This document shows, in pieces, positions 38,131 through 46,805 of a stretch of DNA of 51,818 nucleotides. Source of the stretch: Acidimicrobiales bacterium (GTDB taxonomy: Bacteria > Actinomycetota > Acidimicrobiia > Acidimicrobiales > RAAP-2); assembly GCA_049964655.1 (NCBI GenBank), contig JBMFXC010000007.1, positions 1 to 51,818 on the forward strand, read 5' to 3'. Every line of letters begins with the position of its first letter. Within the stretch, counting starts at the first letter, position 1. The notes beneath the pieces were generated by a model, which saw only the letters and a program-made list of their open reading frames with translations, made no database searches and was not told where the DNA came from. The position numbers were made by a program, and so were the translations under genes.

Positions 38131-38733
38131 ATGGAGCTGACATCGGCCGTCGCCCGCCGCCGCATGACGCGCAACTTCACCGGACGTCCGCCGACCCCCG
38201 GGGTCATAGACGGGCTCCTCAACGACGCCCTCAAGGCACCGTCAGCCGGGTTCACCCAAGGCGTCGACCTCGTGGTCCTCGAGGGTCCCGAGCAGACGGT
38301 CCGCTTCTGGGAAGCGACCACCGACGAGGCGTGGCGCCAGCGGTCGTCCCGCTACCCGGGGCTCGTTCGGGCGCCCGTCGTGGTCCTGCCCTTCTGCGAT
38401 CCGGCGGCCTACGTCGCGCGCTACGCAGAGCCCGACAAGGTGCCGCCGCCAGGCGAGCCGCCAGTCGAGTGGGTCGTGCCGTTCTGGTTCGTCGACGCTG
38501 CCTTCTGCACGATGTCGTTGCTCCTGCTGGCCGTCGACGCCGGTCTCGGGGCGGCCTTCCTCGGCAACTTCCGGGGCGAGGAGACCCTCCGCAGGGCCCT
38601 CGGCGTGCCCGAGGGCAGGCGGTGGCTCGGGGCCGTCCTCCTCGGTGAAGCGGCAGAACCCGACCCGCCCTCTGGGTCGCTGCGGCGGGGCCGCCGGCCC
38701 TTCGACGAGGCAGTCCACCGGAGCGAGTGGTAG
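38131..38733 (+). CDS. Nitroreductase-family flavoprotein
   Basis: ORF 38092..38733 trimmed to the ATG at 38131, with GGAGG (38122-38126) 4 nt upstream of the ATG. N-terminal RRRMTRNF (RRSxRxF-type) motif, APSAGFTQG, and C-terminal LGAAFLG. Confidence 0.8.
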   Translation: MELTSAVARRRMTRNFTGRPPTPGVIDGLLNDALKAPSAGFTQGVDLVVLEGPEQTVRFWEATTDEAWRQRSSRYPGLVRAPVVVLPFCDPAAYVARYAEPDKVPPPGEPPVEWVVPFWFVDAAFCTMSLLLLAVDAGLGAAFLGNFRGEETLRRALGVPEGRRWLGAVLLGEAAEPDPPSGSLRRGRRPFDEAVHRSEW

Positions 38734-38819
38734 CCCCAGGGAGCGGCGACGACGACGGCGACGGCCCGGCTCCGCGGCTGGCGCGCCGACAGTCGGTCAG
38801 CGAGGTCGGGCGGTGCCGC

Positions 38820-39947
38820 TCAGCACCTCAAGCCGGCGATGACGACCAGGCCCTTCGCACAGCGAGCCGACGTCGGCTGGCTGTGGGACCAGGTCCCCGT
38901 GGCACCCAGCGGCGCGAAGACGACGACGCCCCCGACCGTCGAGCCCGTGACGGTCAGGTCGGTGACGTTGCCGACGTGCAGGATGCCGGCCGGCGCCGCT
39001 TCGTCTTCGATGGTGACGTGTGAGCACGGTCGGGTGTTGGCCAGGGCGCAGACGTCACCCGCCGCGCCAGACGAGACGAAGTGCTCGATGGTGACGTCGC
39101 TCGTCGGTTGGGTGATCCAGAAGCCGTCGTCGGACGGCGCGCACGGGCCGGGGGTGTAGCGGTAGCCGTCGACGGTCGTGCCGGTATCGGCGTAGAGGGC
39201 CAGGCGCGACCCCGTCTCGCTCACGTCAGAGATCGTCCCGTCGTGCTGGAACGACCACGAGACGCCGTCGTCGCAGATCTGGTCGCTCACGGTGACGTCC
39301 TCCAGCACATTGCCCGTGGAGTAGCGAGGGGCGTCGAGGCTGGCTCCGGGCGGACCGGCGAAGTACAGGGCGAAGTGGCCGGGTGTGCGTCCGCTCAGCA
39401 CGTGGGCGTGGCGCAGGGTGACGTGGCTCGCCCCCGTCGAGAAGGCGATGCCGCCCTGGTGGGTCTGGGTGTCGAGGGTCAGGTCCTCGACGACGGTGCC
39501 GTCGGCCCGGTCCGCCAGCAGATTGTGCCCCGCCACGGTCTCGACGAGGGTCGTCGCCGAGGCACCCGCTCCGGTCAGCACCTCCGCTCCTTTGATGACG
39601 ACTTCGGAGGTGAAGGCGAAGGTGCCGGCTGGCACGCAGACGGTCCCGCCGGCACCGGCGTCGACAGCCGCCTGGAACGCCGGCGAGTTGTCAGGCGACG
39701 ACGTGCTGGCGCCGTAGCTCGTCACCGACACGGTGCAGTGGACATCCCCGGTGCTGGTGCCGATGCCAGTGCCGATGCCACGCGGTGCCGTCACCGCCCG
39801 GGACCGGTGCGCCGACGGCGCCGTCGCTCTGCCAGAGGACCAGGCCAATCCCCAGGCAAGGAGGCCAGCAGCGAGGACCACGGCGACGACAAGAGCCACG
39901 ACGACACGAGGGACTCGCTGTGGCCCAGGCGAGCTCGGCGGCGGCAT
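38820..39947 (-). CDS. Membrane-anchored/secreted right-handed beta-helix protein (pectate-lyase superfamily fold)
   Basis: N-terminal TM/signal anchor RVVVALVVAVVLAAGLLAWGLAW. The segment SYGASTSSPDNSPAFQAAVDAGAGGTVCVPAGTFAF matches the pectate_lyase_3-type N-terminus. Repetitive Gly/Thr/Val-rich beta-helix turns follow. Confidence 0.78.
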   Translation of the reverse strand: MPPPSSPGPQRVPRVVVALVVAVVLAAGLLAWGLAWSSGRATAPSAHRSRAVTAPRGIGTGIGTSTGDVHCTVSVTSYGASTSSPDNSPAFQAAVDAGAGGTVCVPAGTFAFTSEVVIKGAEVLTGAGASATTLVETVAGHNLLADRADGTVVEDLTLDTQTHQGGIAFSTGASHVTLRHAHVLSGRTPGHFALYFAGPPGASLDAPRYSTGNVLEDVTVSDQICDDGVSWSFQHDGTISDVSETGSRLALYADTGTTVDGYRYTPGPCAPSDDGFWITQPTSDVTIEHFVSSGAAGDVCALANTRPCSHVTIEDEAAPAGILHVGNVTDLTVTGSTVGGVVVFAPLGATGTWSHSQPTSARCAKGLVVIAGLRC

Positions 39948-40046
39948 GACAGGTGTATCGATCGAAACGGGCCCCCGGTTGAGGAGCCTGTGGGGCGGGG
40001 CGACCCAAGTGCCGCAGCGGAGCGTCGGGAAGCCGACGGGTGGGCC

Positions 40047-40481
40047 TCAGCGACGGCGGCGGGAGGACTCGTTCAACGAGACCGCAGCCCGGACGAGCTC
40101 GACGAACGCCACGGTGTCGAGGCTGTCGCCCTCACGCAGGTCGACGGCCCGGCGCAGCGCGCCGTCGAGGCTGGCGTTGAAGAGGCCACCGGGGTCCTCG
40201 AGGTGCGCCCCTTTGGCGAACGTCACCTTCACGTGGTCCTTGTAGGTCTCTCCCGTGCAGAGCAGCCCGTCGTGCGACCAGGCCAGGACGCCCGCGGGGT
40301 TCGACGGCCTGCGCCACTTCACCTCCTCGACCACGTCGGGGTCCGCCTCGGTGACGAGGGCCCGGACGCCCGCCAGTGCCGCGACGCGCCAGTCGCCGGC
40401 TGCCGAGGCAGCGTCCTCGTCCCGGTGGGTTCCCTCACCCGAGGGCGCCGCGGGGCGAGGTGGGGCGCCATGCTGGGTCAC
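40047..40481 (-). CDS. DUF1801 (YdhG-like) domain protein
   Basis: Only the C-terminal 144 codons of ORF 40047..42098 look coding. In-frame GTG at 40481-40479. The pattern VRALVTEADPDVVEEVKWRRP...HVKVTFAKGAHLEDPGGLFN matches DUF1801. Confidence 0.68.
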   Translation of the reverse strand: MTQHGAPPRPAAPSGEGTHRDEDAASAAGDWRVAALAGVRALVTEADPDVVEEVKWRRPSNPAGVLAWSHDGLLCTGETYKDHVKVTFAKGAHLEDPGGLFNASLDGALRRAVDLREGDSLDTVAFVELVRAAVSLNESSRRRR

Positions 40482-40632
40482 CTCGGCGTCGTCCCCTCGG
40501 TCGACGTCGAACCGGCCGTACAGAGGGGCACGGGGGGCGCCCAGCGCGATCCAGCCGCCGGGTCGGACGGGGTCGGACGGTCGGGCTGCAGGAGGCGTGG
40601 TGCAGCTCCGGGCCGGGGGACGACGTCCGCCA

Positions 40633-40938
40633 CTACCACCGCTCCCGGTGTACGACCTCGTCGAAGGGTCGGCGGTCCGGGTGGGCGATCGGGGCGAGTG
40701 GCCGGTCCGCCGGGTAGCCGAGAGCCACCAGGTAGGAGCACGTCCGGTCAGCAGGAATACCGAGGATGCGCCGACAGGCATCCTGGTCGCCGACCGCCGA
40801 GTGGCCCGAGCCGATGCCCAGGTCGGTGGCAGCGAGCAGCATGGCCATGGTCGCCCGACCGAGGTCGTCGGGGGCGAGCGATCGGTCCTCGTAGGAGCGG
40901 ACGTTCCTCCGGGCCCTGATGGCGTCCCACGTCTCCAC
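40633..40938 (-). CDS. Nitroreductase-family remnant (101 aa; central ~90-100 residues missing), possibly a pseudogene
   Basis: An N-terminal WDAIRARRNVRSYEDRSL motif is joined directly to the C-terminal part ATMAMLLAATDLGIGSG...RRPFDEVVHRERW. That tail is paralogous to the C-terminus of 38131..38733 (RRPFDEAVHRSEW). Confidence 0.55.
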   Translation of the reverse strand: METWDAIRARRNVRSYEDRSLAPDDLGRATMAMLLAATDLGIGSGHSAVGDQDACRRILGIPADRTCSYLVALGYPADRPLAPIAHPDRRPFDEVVHRERW

Positions 40939-41057
40939 GGGTTCAGGCTAGTGGGCGGCGGCGCCGGGCGGTCGTCCGCTCCGCGCCGGCGCACCCGTGT
41001 ACCGTCGGTCGAGCGCCGCACGACGAGTGCGGGGGACCGAGCGACGAGGAGGGGGGC

Positions 41058-42026
41058 GTGCGGGCAGCCGTCTATCGAGCGACAGGCGACAGTGGCGTCC
41101 TGTCGGTGGAGGAGCTCCCGAGGCCCGAGCCCGGGCCGGGCGAGGTGCGCGTGCGGATCGTGTGGTCGGGAGTCAACCCGACCGACTGGAAGACCCGGTC
41201 GGGAGCGACCGGCGCTCCCCCGACCGACTTCCAAGTGCCCCATCAGGACGGTGCCGGAGTGGTCGACGCCGTCGGCCCAGGGGTCACCGACCGGTCCCCC
41301 GGCCAGCGGGTCTGGGTGTACCTCGCGGCATTCGGGAACCGTTGGGGCACGGCTGCGGAGTACTGCGTGGTGCCGGCCGAGCGCACCGTCCCTCTCCCCC
41401 GCGACGTGACGGACGAACTGGGGGCCTCCCTCGGGGTCCCGGCGGTCACGGCGGCTCACTGTCTCGGCGGCGTGCCCGAGCAGCTCGCCGGGAGGACCGT
41501 GCTCGTCGCCGGGGGAGCCGGGGGCGTCGGGCACTTCGCCATCGAACTGGCCAAGCACGCCGGTGCACGCGTCGTCACGACGGTGAGCTCCTCCGAGAAG
41601 GCCGAACTGGCCCGAGCCGCCGGTGCCGACCTGGTGGTGGACTACCGCCGGCCCGGTCTCCTCGAGCAGGTGCGGTCGTTCACCCCGACAGTCGACCGGG
41701 TCGTCGAGGTGGCGCTCGGAGCCAACCTCGAGCTCGACCTGGCGCTGTCCCGGCCCGGCACCGAGCTCGTCACCTATGCCACCGAGGCCGACGATCCAGT
41801 CCTGCCCACCCGTCGGCTGATGAACGCCAACGCGACGCTCCGGTTCGTGCTCCTCTACGGCGTGCCGGCGACCGAGCTCGCTGCCGCGGTGGCGTGGGTG
41901 GAGCGGGCAGTTGGAACAGGGGCGTTGACGGCGCTTCCCCTCCATCGTTTCCCCCTCGACGAGGTGGCGGCTGCCCAGGATGCCGTCGAAGGCGGAGCCG
42001 TCGGCAAGGTCCTGGTCGCCCCCTGA
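41058..42026 (+). CDS. NADPH:quinone oxidoreductase (zeta-crystallin-type MDR, zinc-independent)
   Basis: Motifs GEVRVRIVWSGVNPTDWK, VLVAGGAGGVGHFAIELAK (AxxGxxG) and a C-terminal GKVLV. Confidence 0.87.
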   Translation: MRAAVYRATGDSGVLSVEELPRPEPGPGEVRVRIVWSGVNPTDWKTRSGATGAPPTDFQVPHQDGAGVVDAVGPGVTDRSPGQRVWVYLAAFGNRWGTAAEYCVVPAERTVPLPRDVTDELGASLGVPAVTAAHCLGGVPEQLAGRTVLVAGGAGGVGHFAIELAKHAGARVVTTVSSSEKAELARAAGADLVVDYRRPGLLEQVRSFTPTVDRVVEVALGANLELDLALSRPGTELVTYATEADDPVLPTRRLMNANATLRFVLLYGVPATELAAAVAWVERAVGTGALTALPLHRFPLDEVAAAQDAVEGGAVGKVLVAP

Positions 42027-42182
42027 CCGGCGTCGTCCCCGCCGGGGACGACGCCGCGGGCGGAGCCCGCACGACGCCTCCAGTGGCCACGTCACCACCT
42101 TTCCGTCACTGCCGAGGCAGCCCGCCCGACGCCCGCGAGCCCAACGGCAGGGCCGACCGCCTGGGGTCGGACCGACCTCCGG

Positions 42183-42539
42183 TCACGTCCGAGCGGCCTT
42201 GTCCTTCCTGATGCGGACATCGGCGAGAGCGGCGAGGAGCTCGCCGACCCGGTGCGGCTGCTCGACCGGGTGCCTAACCGGAACGTCGGGGTGGACCTCG
42301 TAGGAGTTGCGCCGGCCGACCCGCTTGCGGGTGACGTACCCGGCGGCCACCAGGTCGGCGACGATCGCCTGGGCAGCCCGCTCGGTGATGCCCACGCGGT
42401 CGGCGATGTCGCGCCCTCGGATGCCCGGGTCTTTGGCGATGCACACCAAGACGTGCCCGTGGTTGGTCAGGAACGTCCATGTCGGCTTGGTCGGGCCGTC
42501 GGGCGGCCGACCGGGGACGTCGGGCTTCTTGGTGGCCAC
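42183..42539 (-). CDS. Small winged-helix (ArsR/MarR-like) transcriptional regulator, divergent from the dab operon
   Basis: HTH core GIRGRDIADRVGITERAAQAIVADLVAAGYVTRKRVGRRNSYEV. 118 aa. Confidence 0.8.
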   Translation of the reverse strand: MATKKPDVPGRPPDGPTKPTWTFLTNHGHVLVCIAKDPGIRGRDIADRVGITERAAQAIVADLVAAGYVTRKRVGRRNSYEVHPDVPVRHPVEQPHRVGELLAALADVRIRKDKAART

Positions 42540-42585
42540 ACGCGGATGGTAGCGCCGTTCGTGAACTCGGGACCGTACATCGGGC

Positions 42586-42614
42586 TTGTCGACACTCCCA
42601 TCATGATGTATAAC
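42586..42614 (+). promoter_or_regulatory. Candidate dab promoter (-35 TTGTCG, 17-bp spacer, -10 TATAAC) with the 10-bp palindrome CATCATGATG (42599-42608) in the spacer
   Basis: Read directly in the AT-richest patch of the window. GAGGAGGG RBS at 42641-42648 and GTG start at 42652. Confidence 0.3.
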
Positions 42615-42651
42615 TCACGAAGTTTGTTTCGCGAGTTTTCGAGGAGGGATT

Positions 42652-44193
42652 GTGGTCGCACTGTGGATCGGACGGATCGCCCTGGTGTCCTCGGTCGTCC
42701 TGCCACTGCTGGGCGGCACCGTCGGCCGCTTTCGCCGCGGACGGTCGGCCTGCGTGCCGCTGTCGTGGGCGGCGGCGGCGGCGGCGCTCGTCGTCCTCGG
42801 GGTGGTCGTCGTCCACGGCCCCGACGCTCTCGCGGTGCGCGGCGGTCCCGGGCTGGTGGCCGATCCCGTCTCCGCAGTGGTCCTCCTGCTGGTGACCGGG
42901 GTCGGCGCCGTCGTGCAGAGCTTCTCGGTCCGCTACCTGCAGGCCGACCCGTCGTCGGGCCGCTTCGCCGGACGGGTCGGCGCCGTGGTGACCGCCATGA
43001 CCCTGGTCGCCGCCTCTGCCGACCTCGTCGGGCTGGCCGTGGGCTGGACGGTGGCGGGCGTGGCGTTCCTCGGGGTGCTCTCCTGTCGGAACGACCTCCC
43101 CGGAGTGGCCGGGTGCTCCCGGGCGCTCCGCCGCGCCCTCGTCGTCGGCGACGGCTGCCTGCTGGCAGCGATCGCGCTCGTCCTCGACCGGGCCGGCGAC
43201 GTGCAGCTCAGCTCGGCGCACGCGCTCGAGCTGGCCGTCCGACAGCTGGGTCCGTGGCACGGCGTAGTCGCCGTGCTGGTCACGGTGGCAGCGCTGGCCC
43301 GCGGCGCCCAAGGCATCTTCTCCCGCTGGCTTCCTCGGACGATCTCCGCTCCCACGCCCGCCTGCGCGCTCCTCCACGCCGGGGTGGTCAACGGCGGCGG
43401 GGTGCTGCTCGTCCGCACCGGTGCGCTGGGTGCCTGGGGACCGGCCATGGTCGGCCTGCTGGTCATCTCGGGAGCAACGGCGGTCCGGGCCAGCCTGATC
43501 ATGCGCCGGCAAGCCGACGTGAAGGGCAAGCTGGCCTACTCGACGATGGCCCAGATGGGCTTCATGTTGTCCGAATGTGCGGTGGGCGCCTACCCGGCCG
43601 CGGTCATCCACCTGGTCGCCCACGGCTGTTACAAGGCGTCACTGTTCTTCTCTTCCGGCTCGGCCGTTCGTCGGCCCGGCCGACCCACCACCACCTCGGC
43701 GGCGTCAGCGCCCGTCCTGGCCACGGCAGCGATGGCTCTCGCCGCCACCATCGCCGTGGTGCCGGGGCTGGTGATCGGCGACGGTGTGGTACTGGCCGCC
43801 TTCGCTGCCGTGACGGCGGCGTCGCTGGCGGCAGCCGTAGGTTCGTCGCTGTCGGTGGGTCCGAGGTCCGGCCGGGGTCGGTGGAGCGTGCTCCTCTTCG
43901 CCGCTGCTGCCGGCTACGGGTCGCTGGTCGCCGTCGTCGGCCGATTTCTGGCCCATGGTGCGGTGGCCGTCGCCGGCAGCACCGTCGACCCGTGGTGGCT
44001 GGTCGCAGGGGCGATCGTCGCCGGCTCCGCCGCGTGGATGGCGGAGCGCAGCCCATGGGCGGGAGCCGTTCGGGGGCGGCTCCTCGACGCCGGGTGTCCC
44101 CGAGCGACCACCGACCAGCCTCCGCGTCGCCCGGTTACCGACGTGCCGGCAGATGCCAGCTGCGCTCTGGCCGTCGAGGGGAGGGCGGCATGA
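42652..44193 (+). CDS. dabB: DabB: proton-conducting membrane subunit (NuoL/MrpA/PF00361-like) of the DAB inorganic-carbon pump
   Basis: 513 aa, with about 12-14 TM helices and the NuoL-type core AYSTMAQMGFM. GTG start with a strong RBS. Its stop overlaps the dabA ATG. Confidence 0.87.
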   Translation: MVALWIGRIALVSSVVLPLLGGTVGRFRRGRSACVPLSWAAAAAALVVLGVVVVHGPDALAVRGGPGLVADPVSAVVLLLVTGVGAVVQSFSVRYLQADPSSGRFAGRVGAVVTAMTLVAASADLVGLAVGWTVAGVAFLGVLSCRNDLPGVAGCSRALRRALVVGDGCLLAAIALVLDRAGDVQLSSAHALELAVRQLGPWHGVVAVLVTVAALARGAQGIFSRWLPRTISAPTPACALLHAGVVNGGGVLLVRTGALGAWGPAMVGLLVISGATAVRASLIMRRQADVKGKLAYSTMAQMGFMLSECAVGAYPAAVIHLVAHGCYKASLFFSSGSAVRRPGRPTTTSAASAPVLATAAMALAATIAVVPGLVIGDGVVLAAFAAVTAASLAAAVGSSLSVGPRSGRGRWSVLLFAAAAGYGSLVAVVGRFLAHGAVAVAGSTVDPWWLVAGAIVAGSAAWMAERSPWAGAVRGRLLDAGCPRATTDQPPRRPVTDVPADASCALAVEGRAA

Positions 44194-46805
44194 GCACACG
44201 GACGTTCTCCACCAGCCACGTCGTGGCACTCGTCGAGCGGGCCACCCGTGTGGTCCCCGTGCTGTGGCCTCTCGAGTCGGCTGTGGCGGCCAACCCCCTC
44301 TGGGACCTGCGCTCCCACTCCTTCTCCACCGCGCTCGCCCACGCCCGACGGGCACTTGGCATCGTCGGGCTGCCGTCTGCCGACGTACTGGCCGACGCCT
44401 TCCGGGTGGGACGCCTGACCGTCGCCGACCTCGAGGCCGCCCTCGACGACGTCGGCGACCTCGAACAGTCCGACAGGGTGGCAGAGGCGGAGCCCGTCCA
44501 CCGCGGAGCACCCACCTCCTCGCCGAGCACGATCGTCACCGTCCTCGAACGCCACGACCAGCTCACCGGAGGGACGGCGGCCACCGAGGTCGACCGCGAG
44601 GTGGCCAAGTACTGCGCGGCCTACCTGGGCGGCCTGCTCGGCCCCTCGGGCGCGGCCGGCCCCTCGGGCACGGCCGGCCCCTCGGGCACGGCCGGCAACG
44701 GCTTCCTCGACCAGTGGAGGGCGGCCGTGGTCGACGATCCCGTCGCTCGGCGCTTGGGCCTCCGAGGCGTGCTCGAAGCGGTGGTCGGTGGCCCCGAGAC
44801 GGTGATCGCCACCGTCCTCGCCCGGCTCGCGCTCGACGAGATGGGTGCCGTGGAGGAGCTGACCGGGCAGTCGGCACGCCTGCTCGGGTGGGCGGCGCAC
44901 GCCAAGTGGCGGTCGCGCTGGGCCGCCGCCGACCATCCCGGCCCTGCCCTTCACCTCGTCGACTACCTCGCCGTCCGGCTCCTCTACGACCTGGCCGCCC
45001 TGGAGCACCTCGGGCACCGAGCCGGCGCCGGGGCCTGCTGCGACCACCTCCGTCCCGCTCCGGGCAACCCGCCCGAGGTCCCACCCGCTGCGCTCGTCGG
45101 GGGGGCCACCGGCGACCGCCTGGCTGGGCTCGATCCCGGTGCGGCCGCGGCGGTGTGGCTGGCCGCCTACGAGGCCCACTACCGCGACGACCTCCTGGCC
45201 GTCCTCGAGCGGCCGTCGTCGCGGCCGTCGGCACCTCCGTCACCACGAGCCCTACGTGCACAGGTGGTCTGCTGCATCGACGTCCGCTCGGAGGGGCTCC
45301 GCCGGCACCTCGAGGCGTCCGGTCACTACGAGACCTTCGGCTTCGCCGGGTTCTTCGGCGTCCCTGCTCGCGTCTGGCCCTTCGACGGCGGCAGACCCCT
45401 CGACCTGTGCCCCGTCTTGCTGCACCCGACGGTGGAACTGACCGAGGAGGCCGGCGAGGAGACCGCCGGTGAGGCGAGGCATGCCGGGCTCCGGCAGCTC
45501 GTCGTCGTCGAACGAGCGGTGGAGACCACCCGCGAAGGGCCGGTCACCTCGTACCTGCTGGCCGAGTCCGCCGGCATGGGCCTCGGACCGTTGGCAGTGC
45601 TGCGGACGGCCGCTCCGGCCACGTTCGCCCGCCTGCGCCGTTGGGTCCTCGCTCGCCTGGCTCCACCTGTGGATGTGCACCCGGTCCTGTCCGGCCCGGG
45701 AGCCCCGAGCGACGACGAGCAGGCGCTCTTCGTCGAGACGGCACTCCGGACGATGGGGCTCACCGACCGGTTCGCTCCCGTGGTGGTCCTCTGCGGGCAC
45801 GGCAGCACGACCGAGAACAACCCCTACGGCTCGGCACTCGACTGCGGTGCCTGTGGTGCGGCACGGGGAGGGACGAGCGCTCGCCTGGCCGCGGCCATGG
45901 GCAACCGGGCGGACGTGCGAGCGCTCCTGGCGGCTCGGGGCATCGTCGTCCCCGACGAGACGGTGTTCGTCGCCGCCGAGCACGACACGGCGACCGACAC
46001 CGTCACCGTCTTCCCCCCGGCCGAGCTGACACCGACCCAGGCGGACCGGCTTGCCTTGGTCGAGCAGGACCTCGCTCACGCCGGAGCCGAGCTGGCCGTG
46101 GAACGGGCTGCCACCCTGCCTGGCGCGGTGCGGCGTCCCCGCCGAGGTGCCGCTCGCCACCTGGCCACTCGTTCTGCGGACTGGGCCCAGGTCCAGCCCG
46201 AGTGGGGCCTGGCCCGCTGCGCCGCACTGGTGGTCGGACCGCGCCGGCTCACGGTGGGTGTCGACCTCGAGCGGCGCACCTTCCTCCACTCCTACGATCC
46301 CGGGACCGATCCAGACGGTGCCGCCCTCGAAGCGATCCTCACCGGGCCCATGGTCGTCGCCCAGTGGATCTCGTCCGCCTACTACCACTCGGTCGTCGAC
46401 CCCGACGTCCTCGGTGCCGGCGACAAGGTGTCCCACAACGTGGTGGCCGGCGTCGGCGTGTACCAGGGAGCCGGCGGCGACCTTCGCCTCGGCCTGCCCC
46501 GTCAGTCCGTCTTCGTCGGCGACGAGCCGTACCACGAGCCCATGCGCCTGCTCGTCGTGGTCGTCGCCCCTCGGGACCGCGTCGACGCCGTCGTCGCCCG
46601 CAACCCTGTCGTCGCCGAGCTGGTCGACGGCGAGTGGGTCCACCTCGCGGTACTCGACGACGACCGGTTCTGGCGGCGTCTGCCGGGCGGGGGCTGGCGG
46701 CAGTGGCAGCACGCCCGGACCGGCGAGCACCAACCGGACCGACTGGGCAGACCGTACGAGGTGGCCCCCACCGGTGGCCACGGAGAGGAGGAACAACATG
46801 GATGA
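44190..46805 (+). CDS. dabA: DabA (DUF2309/PF10070): beta-carbonic-anhydrase-like subunit of the DAB pump
   Basis: ATG at 44190 overlaps the dabB TGA (ATGA). Only the last 871 codons of the 1517-aa track ORF are used. Conserved Zn-site elements are CCIDVRSEG (Cys 45270-45275, Asp 45279-45281), CGHGS (His 45798-45800) and LDCGACGG (Cys 45843-45845). Confidence 0.92.
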   Translation: MSTRTFSTSHVVALVERATRVVPVLWPLESAVAANPLWDLRSHSFSTALAHARRALGIVGLPSADVLADAFRVGRLTVADLEAALDDVGDLEQSDRVAEAEPVHRGAPTSSPSTIVTVLERHDQLTGGTAATEVDREVAKYCAAYLGGLLGPSGAAGPSGTAGPSGTAGNGFLDQWRAAVVDDPVARRLGLRGVLEAVVGGPETVIATVLARLALDEMGAVEELTGQSARLLGWAAHAKWRSRWAAADHPGPALHLVDYLAVRLLYDLAALEHLGHRAGAGACCDHLRPAPGNPPEVPPAALVGGATGDRLAGLDPGAAAAVWLAAYEAHYRDDLLAVLERPSSRPSAPPSPRALRAQVVCCIDVRSEGLRRHLEASGHYETFGFAGFFGVPARVWPFDGGRPLDLCPVLLHPTVELTEEAGEETAGEARHAGLRQLVVVERAVETTREGPVTSYLLAESAGMGLGPLAVLRTAAPATFARLRRWVLARLAPPVDVHPVLSGPGAPSDDEQALFVETALRTMGLTDRFAPVVVLCGHGSTTENNPYGSALDCGACGAARGGTSARLAAAMGNRADVRALLAARGIVVPDETVFVAAEHDTATDTVTVFPPAELTPTQADRLALVEQDLAHAGAELAVERAATLPGAVRRPRRGAARHLATRSADWAQVQPEWGLARCAALVVGPRRLTVGVDLERRTFLHSYDPGTDPDGAALEAILTGPMVVAQWISSAYYHSVVDPDVLGAGDKVSHNVVAGVGVYQGAGGDLRLGLPRQSVFVGDEPYHEPMRLLVVVVAPRDRVDAVVARNPVVAELVDGEWVHLAVLDDDRFWRRLPGGGWRQWQHARTGEHQPDRLGRPYEVAPTGGHGEEEQHG
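44640..44693. repeat. 18-bp tandem repeat x3 inside dabA (GPSG(A/T)A)
   Basis: GGCCCCTCGGGC(G/A)CGGCC x3, read directly. Confidence 0.9.

Noticed and set aside
42252-46805. Single 1517-aa ORF in the track spanning the regulator gap, dabB and dabA
   Set aside because: Only the last 871 codons (from ATG 44190) are DabA-like. The upstream 646 codons are Arg/Gly/Pro-rich frame-shadow overlapping the clearly real dabB (a different frame) and the antisense of the wHTH gene. The ATGA overlap with the dabB stop marks the true start.
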